Source of the DNA: a virus
Strand: one strand, 5' to 3'
DNA: 64,000 bases
IMG/VR virus record: IMGVR_UViG_3300035670_000034
Location: 32,001 to 96,000 of that record
Positions 1 to 11,500 of the stretch are shown in pieces (within the stretch, counting starts at the first letter, position 1; each line of letters starts with the position of its first letter). The notes under the pieces are model-generated. The model did no database searches. It was not told the origin of the DNA and worked only from the letters and a program-made list of their open reading frames with translations. The position numbers and the translations under genes are program-made.

Positions 1-1089
1 GAGGCCCCCAAAGCACCCGCTCCGAAGGCACCAGAAAAGCCAAAACCGCAAAAGCCTGCATCAGCGCCAACCGACGGGCCGGACAGGGTGACTTCCCAAA
101 CCAAGAAAAAGATAAGAGCATGGGCAGACACAATCGCAGAGGCTGTCAACTCATCGGGCGTTGATGGTGACTTTGCTGATACCGCATACGACGGAGCGGA
201 ACGGGTTTTTTCAATTGCGTTTCCCGATGATTCAACGCCACTAACAAGAGAACTTGTTGACGATGCCCAGGAAGAACTTGACAATGTTATTGCAGAACTC
301 GGCAGCATCGCAAAAGAAAGAAAACTCACGAAACGTGAGAAGTCAACTCTTCAATTCATGTTCCAGGCAAGAAAATTCCTGGACGAACCATTTGGTGACA
401 GAGAAAATACAGAAGCAGAACTAAGGGGCGACGAGGCTGGCGAAGCCCTTGCTAGGCGTGGCAGACAAGTTTCAAGACTTGGACTTGACGATGACGATGA
501 AGAGGTTCTTGGTGGCGCAGACCTAGGAGATATATACGACAACGACGAAAGAAACCCAGGGGATTGGGACGACAATGACGGTGGCGGACTATCCAGCAGT
601 ACTGTAAACAACATTGTTGGTCTGCGTTCATCTACAAGAAAAGCGCGTTCGTTCCAATCAGCAAACCAAAGAAAACGCGAAGGCCGTTCCGGGCTTGCGT
701 CGTCCTCAAAGAGTCCAAGAACAGAAATAACCAAAGAATCAACTTGGTGGAAGAGAGTCGATGAATCTCTTCCAAAAGAAATACGAAGTGCTGACTCAGA
801 AGCAATTAAGCAAGGCTTGACAATACTTCAACAAAAAATATCGAAATATGAAGCAGGCTCGTTTAGGCCAAATTCCAAGAGAACAAATGTCGGTTCAATA
901 AAAATTACTGCCGACGAAGCCGACAAAATCCTTGATGCGGTCATGTCGGTAATCGACAGACAAAAAACTGCCGGAAGGGACGGCGGCGTTGGAAGTAGAG
1001 GAGAAATATTTGCAGAACTACTTGAGGCAGTTGCATCTTCCGCAATGTCAACGTTTGTTGATAAAACATCAAAACCAGCAGATGATTGA
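1..1089 (+). CDS. 3' end (5'-partial) of a large low-complexity virion-associated polyprotein with 3 GLxSS(T/S) linkers
   Basis: Frame 1 is open from base 1 (EAPKAPAPKAPEKPKP...) to TGA at 1089. GLSSST (586), GLRSST (619) and GLASSS (691) match the linker seen in the downstream giant ORFs. Confidence 0.8.
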   Translation, partial: EAPKAPAPKAPEKPKPQKPASAPTDGPDRVTSQTKKKIRAWADTIAEAVNSSGVDGDFADTAYDGAERVFSIAFPDDSTPLTRELVDDAQEELDNVIAELGSIAKERKLTKREKSTLQFMFQARKFLDEPFGDRENTEAELRGDEAGEALARRGRQVSRLGLDDDDEEVLGGADLGDIYDNDERNPGDWDDNDGGGLSSSTVNNIVGLRSSTRKARSFQSANQRKREGRSGLASSSKSPRTEITKESTWWKRVDESLPKEIRSADSEAIKQGLTILQQKISKYEAGSFRPNSKRTNVGSIKITADEADKILDAVMSVIDRQKTAGRDGGVGSRGEIFAELLEAVASSAMSTFVDKTSKPADD

Positions 1090-1226
1090 TGTTCAACTAC
1101 CAGAATTGCAATAATTCACGACAGAAATAATTTGGGTGAAGTATAATTTGTGAAAACGAATCTTTACACAGCGAGTCGACACGGCGCATGCTAATGTCGT
1201 CACGTCGATAACAAGGAGCCGAAACA

Positions 1227-2582
1227 ATGGAATACGACAAGAACGCAGTTGTCAAGTTGGATACCGATGGTTCGGTGTTGAAGTGTGCGAAGGGCGCCGA
1301 TGCTGGCTCCTGTGGATACACACCAGGCGCAAAGGTGTGCGCAAAGTGTGGCGCTATTCCGCTTCAAATGAAGGCGATGCCCATGTCGGATGAAGAGGAA
1401 ATGGACGACCAGGAAGAAATGGTTGATGCAGAGGAAGAAACCGAAAAGGGCTGGAGCAAAAAGAAGAAGCCCATGAAAATGAAGGCTGCTCCAGATGACA
1501 TGGACGACGAAGATGAAGACGAGGAAGACGTTGACATGGAGGCAGGCGACTCCGAAGAGGAAGACTCGGATGAGGAAGACGTTGACGTGGAGGCAGACGA
1601 CGAAGAGGAAGACGAAGAGGCTGACTCCGAAATGGAGCAAATGAAGTCAAGACGCCTTCGCACCATGGGCTACAAGAGCGCCGATGTTGGCGCAAGAGGC
1701 TATCTTTGCGCAATTGACCGCAAGGTTTACCCAGGTGGACAGCCAGTATGTGATGACTGTGTTGGCGGATGCATGGCAGAAAAGGGAATGCCAGGACTGC
1801 TTCATGTAGAAGGACTTGCAGAAGACATGTTTGACGGAAAGGTTCTTGACTCTGGCTATTCGGCGGAGGCAGACATGTTCGTTGTTGATGTCGAGGCCAA
1901 GGATGGTCGACCGGTGGAAGTCTTCATTGACGGCACTTCGGCAGAAGTTCTCGGTTGGCACAAACTTGATAACAATGCTTTTGAGCAGAAATCACTTGTT
2001 GATGAAATGATGCTCATCGACTTTAACGATGCTGCAGACATTGCAACCAAGTCAATCCAGGGCCATGTTGTGGCAGTGGAGCCAGATGTCTTCGAGGGAT
2101 ACGACGCATACGCGGTTGAAATTGACGGCATCGACGGCAAGTCGTATGACGTCTTTGTTTCGCTTGACGGCGAAGTTCTTGGCTACGACAAGTACGAAGA
2201 GGAAGATGCGCAGGCGATTGAAGCCGAGGCTGCAGAAATTGCCCTCAAGCGCGCATTTACGCCAGAGCAGAGAGAAAGAATGGCCGAGGAGGGAACAGCA
2301 CTCCCAGATGGCTCATTCCCAATCGGAAACAAGGAAGACCTTGGAAACGCGATTCAGGCATTTGGCCGAGCAAAGGATAAGTCGGCAGCAAAGCGTCACA
2401 TCATGAAGCGCGCAAAGGCACTTGGTGCTGAGGCGATGATTCCGGCAAATTGGATTGCTGGGAATAAGTCAGCCGATGACACTGGGTCAACAACCCTTGA
2501 TGACAACTTTATGTCTCAGTTGCTGGAGTTCGAACTGCTCAGCACAGAGGTTGAAGAACAAAATAAAACACCAGAGTCGTGA
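1227..2582 (+). CDS. Acidic head-associated (scaffold-like) protein: Cys clusters, D/E tract, two PepSY-like repeats, C-terminal DGSFPI...KRAKALG module (DUF6582-like)
   Basis: SD AAGGAG before the ATG. CxxC motifs (CAKCG, CDDC). Two repeats ending 'V(F/S)xDGxxxEVLG'. The 'PDGSFPIGNKEDLGNAIQAFGR...KRHIMKRAKALG' module resembles one I recall from actinophage head proteins. Confidence 0.65.
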   Translation: MEYDKNAVVKLDTDGSVLKCAKGADAGSCGYTPGAKVCAKCGAIPLQMKAMPMSDEEEMDDQEEMVDAEEETEKGWSKKKKPMKMKAAPDDMDDEDEDEEDVDMEAGDSEEEDSDEEDVDVEADDEEEDEEADSEMEQMKSRRLRTMGYKSADVGARGYLCAIDRKVYPGGQPVCDDCVGGCMAEKGMPGLLHVEGLAEDMFDGKVLDSGYSAEADMFVVDVEAKDGRPVEVFIDGTSAEVLGWHKLDNNAFEQKSLVDEMMLIDFNDAADIATKSIQGHVVAVEPDVFEGYDAYAVEIDGIDGKSYDVFVSLDGEVLGYDKYEEEDAQAIEAEAAEIALKRAFTPEQRERMAEEGTALPDGSFPIGNKEDLGNAIQAFGRAKDKSAAKRHIMKRAKALGAEAMIPANWIAGNKSADDTGSTTLDDNFMSQLLEFELLSTEVEEQNKTPES

Positions 2583-2599
2583 CCGACTACTAGAAAAAG

Positions 2600-5500
2600 G
2601 TGCCTGCCATGCAGGAACATAGGCTAGTTGTATCCCGAACTATCACGAGTGGCAGATTTTCTCCAGTAATAGAAAAATCAATTCGTGAACGCATTGAGGA
2701 CTTTGCTGAAGTTCGCCAACTATTAAGTCTTTATCCATTTTCCGCTGACTATGCAGTGAAGGCGGCAATGGGCGGCTCAAAGAGAACCGGCGGAGCGAGA
2801 AACCCGGCAGCAGATAATAAGGCAAAGCGTCAGAAAGAACTTAATTTTCGTCGACTGGGGACTTATTGTTTTGACCCAAAAGCAACAAGGAAGCCGAATC
2901 AATACTTTGAAACAAAACCGCGTTTCAATCTTGATGGGCAAATGGGTGATGTCGCGAATGTTGGGTGGCTAGATGTACCAAAAGCAGTTGAGCCAGAAAA
3001 TCTAGTCAAAAGAGCAAATGAGTTTTACGCATCTCAGGCGGGCAAACCAAAAATAATTGCGCGTGCAGCAAAAATAAACAAACGAACAGGACAACTTGAA
3101 GCAAAAGCCCTTGGGCAGCCAATTGGCCGGGTAGCAGGAAACATCGGTCAGGCCGCAGCAAGGGCAATAGGAATTGTCCTGGACCCAAGCGGAAGAATGC
3201 GTTGCCCGCCTGGTGTGCCTGCCGCAAATCAATTTACTGATGAAATTGGAAGTAACTGCTTTGACTTTACGCCCGCAATTGGTAGGGCAGTTATGAATAT
3301 TGTTCGCAGAGCAACCCAATCAATAATTGACGATGTCAACAAGATTGACGGTGCTTTGCCGATAGTCAGAAATGAAGATGGAAGCATTTCTGAAGTTTCA
3401 GCAGAAACTGCATCATTGATTCGCGGTGGACTACGAAGTTCAACTGGAACCATAAGGGGACCACGCGGAGAATTGCTTGGACCCGACGGCATGCCCATAA
3501 GAAGACCAGAGCCGCCTGCACTCCCAGACGTCACCCCAGAGTTTGATAGAGATGTTGCCGATATAGCATCACGCTCTAGAGCAATACCACCAGAAGAGTA
3601 TGAAGAAGTTTTTGAAGGAATGATTAGGCGCGCCTATCCGGAACTTTCACTTAGCGAAGTTAAAAGATTGGCAAAACAGGCTGTCCGAAGACAAAGAATG
3701 AAGGACAAGCAAAGAGCAGATGTAAAAGAGGTTCTTGATTTTGCCAGCAGTCTCGGCATAGAGATAGACCCAACCGACCCCAACTCGGTTCAAGATGGGC
3801 TAGCAAAAGTTCTCAACGCCCTAAAACAACCAGAAAATGGCGCCTGGGACATCAATCTCAAGTCATATTTTGGAAATAGATTTGGGTCGGGCGACATGTC
3901 GGTGGCCATGCTTGAACACAGGGCAAGACAACTTGAATCGATAATTAACTATGCAATTACAAATCCAGCAGCATTTGGTATGGATTCAGAGGAATTTAAA
4001 TCACTTATTGTCTCAAGGTTCGGTGGAAGTCCACAACGCCTTCATGACGGAATGCTTGAAGTTCTCACGGGAATAAAAAGCATTGAAGAAGTCTTTGGCT
4101 CGGAACCAAGAGCAAGAAGTCTTTTTGCTTCAATTGTTAAAAAGCATAATCAAATGCGAATGCAAGAGGCCGGATTGCTGATTGGTTTAATAAATCAACG
4201 TCGTCGAAATCCGGAACTCACAAAAGACATGCACACACTAAGCATTCTTGACCCGTTTGATAGACGTGGGGAAATGAGCGACGCAATAACTTATGTGGAC
4301 CCTAGAAAAAATGGATACGGGATGCATTTAAACCCGCTTGCAACGGTGATGCAAAGTGATGAGTTCATGGGCGGACCTACACCTGACTACATTCTTTTTG
4401 AACCAGATGGCGCAGCGGGAACGGAAGTGGCAAAACTTGCCGCAATTACGTCCTCCCTTGATGCACATGGAGCGGCAAGAGCAAAACAAGCATATTTGTC
4501 GGAATTGCAAAATATTGATGTGTACCAAGAGTCAGTGGGAAGGGGTGACGGCTGGCAACAGTTTGACTTATTGCAAAACCTCGGTCAGGCCGGCTCAGGA
4601 ATGTACATTATGGCCCACGAAATGGTGCATGGAAGACAGTTGATGCTAATTCAAAAGTATCTAAAGTCCATACCTGGCCTTACGGATTCAATGACAAACG
4701 AAGACATAATTCAGTTGTCCCAAGACCTGCTTGCTGGGGACCGTAAATTTCCAAGCGTTTTTGGTCATGATTGGGATTACTCATCAATAATCTCAAATAA
4801 AGATTGGCTTCCATCGGCAGTAGAAAACATGCCAGAAATTATTCAAATATTACTCCGGAAAAATGCCGGCGGTAAGTATGCAATGAATCAATATTGGCAC
4901 GCAGCGTTTACTGACCCATTTTTGAGCGCGAAATCGACAGACGAACTATATCTACATTTGAATAATTTACGTCAAAAAATGGAGACGATGGACCCAAACT
5001 CAACCCAATTCGAACAAGCATTATTGGTTTTCAATGAAATGGCGCAAATATACAATTCTGGGGACATGGGAAAGATGCAAGCGGCGTTTGCATCACATAA
5101 ACAAAAATCAGCGCTTGTGTTTGCCGAAATGCAAGCAGAATTAATGGCTGGCATTGAGTCTGGGTTGATTGAAATGACGCCTGAAATAGAAGCATTTTTG
5201 GGTCCGCTCGCACCAGGTAGGGATATCCCATCAGATTTTGGAATAGTGAATCCAGACGCAAAACCAGTTGTGGCAGTAACAAGGGAAAGCATAAAAGAGG
5301 GAATCAAGAACACAATAAGTATCCGCAAAAACATTGAAAGAGGAAAACGCAAACTTCGCGAAAGAATGGCGATGAATGATTTGCCGGACTCAATCCCAGG
5401 ACTTGGAAGTGATACCACTGGTGATTCGCGCAGAATATTCGACGCACTATCTGGAGTTGCGTCAAGAACGGATATGTCAAAGCGTGGATTCTTGGTGAGA

Positions 5501-8500
5501 GAAGCCGTTCTCGATGCAGCCACAGAGCAACAAAAACAAATTTTGTCAGGAAACTGGCGTGATGCTTCCTGGAACACGTCAGACCCGGTCGACTGGGGCA
5601 GGGCTCTGCGTTCGAGGCCGGAAGATGTCGTTAACGCGGTAGAAAATCAACTAATTCCATTTATGGATTTAATTGACTCCTCAGAAGTGCCAACTGATAC
5701 GGTTGCCGAAGTTCAACTGCCACTTGGCTCACTTGGTTTTCCTGGTGACGAAGGGGGTTCAATGCTGTCTGTGAACAAACACTTCACGGCCGTAATGCAC
5801 TCTGCTGAAGACGCTGATTTTGGTGGTTCCGAAAATGCAGAACGAATTCTATTGCTCGTGCCAGAAGGTTCGACTGGACTTCCCGATTACACCCCAGGAA
5901 CGCAAAGGGGGGAAGTTGGCTCCCTCATAATGCCACCAGGAGACATAGAAATACTAGGCAGGGCAGATGATGGGGCGGTAATAGGAAAAGTTTCATCGCA
6001 AAAACCAACAAGCCAACAACTGAATGAATTGCGACAAGTTCTTCATTCTCTCGGCTCGAACGAATCGATGCCGCTTGGAAAGAGGATTGTCGCCAAGCGG
6101 GCTGAAAACAGAATTGAAAGGCGCCAAGAGGCATCGCGCATTGGTCGAGCGCAGGCGGCAGTGGCCATGGAAATGGACCCAAGAAATTCAAGGTTGGCTA
6201 GACAAATTGAATATGACCCACAAACACGAACGCTTTCCGTCTCATATAGAAATGGCCACAAACGCGAATTTCAAAATGTTCCGTATGGGAAAGTTAGAGA
6301 TGCGGGCGCCTCAAGTTCTCCCGACAAACTCATTAGAGAACTTGAAGACATTCCCCAGGAATACAACCCAAGCGCTCCGCTACCAAGAAATTTTGGACTT
6401 GCCTCCAGTACTGTTTCGCAAATCAATGAATCAGCCAGAAAACAAAATGCCAGACAAAGAACAGTGGATATTTTGGCACGTGCTGGAGATATTGGTGTTG
6501 ACATAGACAGACAGGAAAGAGAAATAGTTCCAAGAATAAAAGAACAAATATCTGACAATCTCAAGTATGCACGCGAGCAGGTTCGACTTCTGGATATTGA
6601 CCAGGACACTGCAACACTCATAAGACAAAGTGCCGCAAACGGCATGTCAGATTCAGAAATATTACGCAATGTTGTTGGAGGAAGATTCGAAGACAATTTT
6701 GCATCACGACTGTCGATACTCAGGGCGGTTGCGGAGGGCAAGGGCGATACCGAATTGGTTTCTCAAATTGATGATTTTGTAAAAGATATTTCAGATATGA
6801 GTGATGACGAATTCAAAAAAGCCTACGAGGAAGCACTGGAAACTTTTACCAGCCCGTTTGATGACAGGCCAGTTGTTTTGGTGAGAGACCCACTTGCGAT
6901 AGTTGGAAGAGGTAGATATTTAACAACCCATGAGGGCACAAGAACCATGGGCGGAACCAATACATTTGATGACGACACGGTAAGAAACGCAAGAATGGCA
7001 ACAGAATCAATGCTATTTGGTTTTAATGGAGACACAGATGTAGACACGCAGGCTTTGCGTCCATCAAGTGGTTTGACTATGAGCAAGCACCACTCAGAAG
7101 ACAGGGCGGAAAGACTGAGGGCAATTTACGGCGACGGAGTTGAAATACAACACAATTACCCCACCGCAAGCACCGCAGGGCAGAATGTTGCGACCACTGG
7201 AAGTGGCAAAAATGCTTCATCAACAGGCAGGGCATATGGCGACGTTTCCATAATCCTTCGCCCTGAAACATCAGACAGAACACTCTCGGTTAGCGGTGAT
7301 TCAATAAGCGGAGTCAGCACCAGTGGCTCTGATGTGCTGGAGCCAAGCGGAAAACTATCGAATATTGCCAAAGATGGAAAATTGGCATCTACGTTTTTTA
7401 ATCCCGCAGCAGTAATTTTTGACGCAAGAACAAACAGGAAAAACACCATTGCGAGCGCGGCTCAATCAAATAGAAAAACATACATTGAAAGCCTTACTTT
7501 GGGAAGTTTTGAAAATCAAGATATTCAAGCCATAGTTGGCGGTGCACAGCAACTTCGCGGCGACAAAATATGGCGCGCCGACGAATCAACAATGAGCATG
7601 TCGGGGGTTAACCCGAGCGCAAGTTTCACAAGCATGATTGGCGCTGCTCGCACTAGAGACGACATGCTCGAAAAATACGGGATAGACGTTGTTCCACAAA
7701 GTAGATTTTTTGACCTTGACGAAGTTGAACCGTTTAACGCCTCGATGACAGAAAAATGGGTTGAAGAAAAAATCAAAAAAGGTGATTTTTCAAACGTTTC
7801 CGCATCTGACTTAATACCAAACGAAAAAACAACTCCATACGAGGCTCTTTTGCGCTACCAAAAGAGAAGAGCGGAAAACGATGGAGAATTTCCGGTATTT
7901 GACCATCCAGACAATGCTTCAGGATTTGATGATGCAAGCAAAGCAAAGAATAGAGCAAACTTCATATCCATGGTGGACGAAGAACTCAAACGAGTTGGTG
8001 GTGGGGGAAGTGACTCCACGACACGCCGAAGTGCTGGCCTGGCCTCCTCAACGGAAAATTATGGTTCTGAAACCATAAAAAGAAATATTGAGAGAGCAGA
8101 CGAAAGAGTAATAGAGGCGGACAGACGGGTTAGCGCCCTAGAAAAAGCACTTGACCATCTTGAAAAAACAGGTGAATGGAGGGGGGAGGATTTTGGTGTT
8201 TCGGCATCAATGGACCCCAACTACATGGGTGATGTTGACCTCTTCGATAGCACGGGAATAAGGAACCTATCAAAGGCCGAGGTGGAGGAATTAAACATTG
8301 GCCTAGATGGTCTCAAAACAAAAGTTCGCAAGAAAATACAACTAGCCAAAAAAGAACGTGTTTTTCAAGAGCATTTAGCAAAAAGCAAAAAGAAACGACA
8401 TTCTCAAAATGTGCTTGACGTAGAAGACATACCAGACGAAGAACTCGATGTCTTGATTAAAGAAGCATTGGATATGGCCGACATGGAACCAAGCGCCAAA

Positions 8501-11500
8501 CGACAAGAATTTGTTGATGGCGATGGCCGTACTGCGGTTGTTCACGTTGGCTCGCCGGAGTTGGACGGCGATGCCCTAGACCCTTCGAAGACAAGCGGAG
8601 TAGATACCAGAACATCAAGTTCTGGCAACACTGGTCAATTGAATCAAATGGCAATAGCATCATTTAGAAATCAACACGAACGAATCAAGGGTGAGGTTTC
8701 TGCAATTAACGGCGTTGTCAACGCAGTCAAAACAAATCGCGGAAAATATAAGCCGCGAAATAGCACCGAAGCAAACTATCTCAATTCTGTATTTTCAATT
8801 CCGCGCGACACAAAGACAAGGTCGTACACAAGATTTACTGAAGGTTATGAGTTTGATTTGCTAAAAGATGGACCAAAATTTTTCATGGGTGTTAGCAAAG
8901 ATGATGAACCAGATAGGTATCTTTCGGCAATAGCGGAAAGATTGCCAGAAAGACTTCAAGACTTAACAAAACGACTTGAAAAATCACAGAGAGTCATAGA
9001 CAAGATAGATACGAGCCCAGAATTTGGTTTCCTGAGTTCGTACCCAGCATCACTGCCTTTTACTGACAGAGGATATTTTGGTAGAAATGCAGGTAAAGCA
9101 ATTCCAAAAGACGTCGGAGAGTGGAGAACCGAATACGAAAGAACACGTGATGGCGGGGACAAGGGCCATGTGGTTCTGGACGACGAAATGTGGTCGAGAT
9201 GGAACAATCATCTGAGGGGTACTGGCTGGCTTGTACCAGACGATGGTGACAACATTACGACAGACCTTGGACCGGGTGACGGAGAACACCAAATTCTTGG
9301 TAAAACAAAACCGATATTTGGGTTTTCTGCTCCAGTATCTGACAATGCAGTGAGAGAAAGGCTCAGGGGTAGGTCGCCATCTGCACGAAGCGCAGTTTCC
9401 CTTATTGGCGATGCACTAATGGCTCGAGCAATGAGGCTAAAGAGGGAAGGTCGCGAGATAACACCCGCTTCGGTGCTTTCCGCCCGCCGTGGAAAACCAC
9501 TTCCAGATGTCCAACCGCCTCGTTCGATAGCGTCTGGTGCCGGAAACGTAGTGTCTGGTCTTGCGTCGTCAACGACTGATGGTCCAACAAAACCACAGTA
9601 TCCAAGAAAACCAACCTATGGACCGTTGCTTGGCAAGGCCAATGAGATATTTGATGGAGTTAAAACGTGGGAAGAGTTTAAGAAGAGATACGAAGATACC
9701 GAAATTACATTTATCGACTACGAAACAACTGGACTCAAGTTTGACGAATGGAATTTCTCCAACGGAAACGGCAATGTTGTACAAATAGGCGGAGTAAAGG
9801 TAAAAAACGGCAAGGTTGTTGACCGTTTTTCCACATTTGTTAACCCAGGAATGAAGAGAGACGAATGGGAAGATTGGTCAAAGAAAACACTGAAAGACGG
9901 CGCTGGCAACCTGCTTTCAGATGATTTTTTGGCTGACAAGCCTTCTGTGGCTGATGCTCATAAGCAATTTGCTAAATGGGCAGGACCAAACGCAATCATG
10001 GGTGTTCAGAATGCAGCCTTTGATAAAGACGTCCTTGATGATGCATTGCGCGAAAACGGCATTGATTGGAGCCCAGACGGCTGGATTGACCTTAAAGATG
10101 TTGCGGCAATGACCCTCCCCAGGTGGAGCGAGGAAAATCCGGATGGTCCATTTAGGTTTGACAAAAAGAAAAAGAAAAATGTTCCGTCCAACTCACTTGC
10201 CGACATAACTAAGTATCTTGACGTAAAACTTGATGAATCCGACCATCACGACGCAAGCAATGATGCTGAGGCAACTGCGAAATCTCTTCAAACACTAATT
10301 GATAGGGCAATAGAAAAACGATGGTCGCCAGATGTCTTTGATAAGACAAAACGCGACAACTACGTGCGCGCCTCAGAAGAAAAATTTAAAAATGACATAG
10401 AGATATTTGAAACAGAAAAAACGAATTGGATTAATCAATCTAATGGCCTTGCAAGTAGAACAACAGACCAAAAAATCACTCAAGGTCCACAATTCGAAGC
10501 AGGCGGCAGAGACGACAAGGGTATGCCAAGAATGATTGACCCATCAGAAGCAAATGTGAGGTTTGGCGGAAGTAAGCGCGCTGCTAAAAAATATTTTAAA
10601 GATAAATATGGAATAAATGTAAAGATGCGAACTGGGCCTAAATCCTTTTCTGACATTGACGGTCCGACTGCAGGTGTACTGCAGGCAATTGATGATGCGC
10701 TAAGTCAAATTCCAAATTTAAAAAAATTGATTGGAAAAGACAATTTAGAAATATCAACTCAAGCGCAGTATAGTTCTACATTCGATTTTGATGTTGGCAC
10801 CCGCGGTGCAATAGTGCGTAGGCAGAAATGGGGCGGCTGGGCAAAATTTATTCCCGGAATACAAGGCCAAAAATATAATATAATTCTCAACGGAGAAGCA
10901 CTACAAAGTGCTGAACTGAAGTATATTTACGGCAAGGGGAGCAGAGTTAGAAGAGAAAAATTTACGACTGGTTCTACCGAACTGACAGACACTTGGAGCA
11001 TGGCTAACTTATTTGCACAATTTGGCATACCTGATAGGACTGACTTTGATGATGTAGCCAATGACCCTGATTTTAAATATGGCGAATTATCTGGAAAAGC
11101 CGCAAAGGAAAAATTGGAAGATGAAGTTAGACAAAGACTTGCATATGCGATAACAATTCATGAATTGGGTCATTTCTTCGATTCGCAGGCCAGGGATAGA
11201 AGAGACATAGAGTCTCGGGGTGGTTTTTCAGAAACATATGGCGGCGGCAAAGGGTTTCACGAAGAGATGTTTTTTAGTTCGAGTTCGGCCGCAATGTCAG
11301 GCGAAGATGTTTCTCGTGGTGTTGATTGGCGAACTGCACCATCTGTATCACAATACGGGAAAACAAACGAGAAAGAAAGAATGGCTGAAGCCTTTATGGC
11401 TTGGTTTTTGTTTTCTGGAAGTGAATCAGTAGATGTGGCAATTGAGGGAAATGACAAAATCACACAATTCAGAGAAGCAATGGCCACAATCGTTAGGCCG

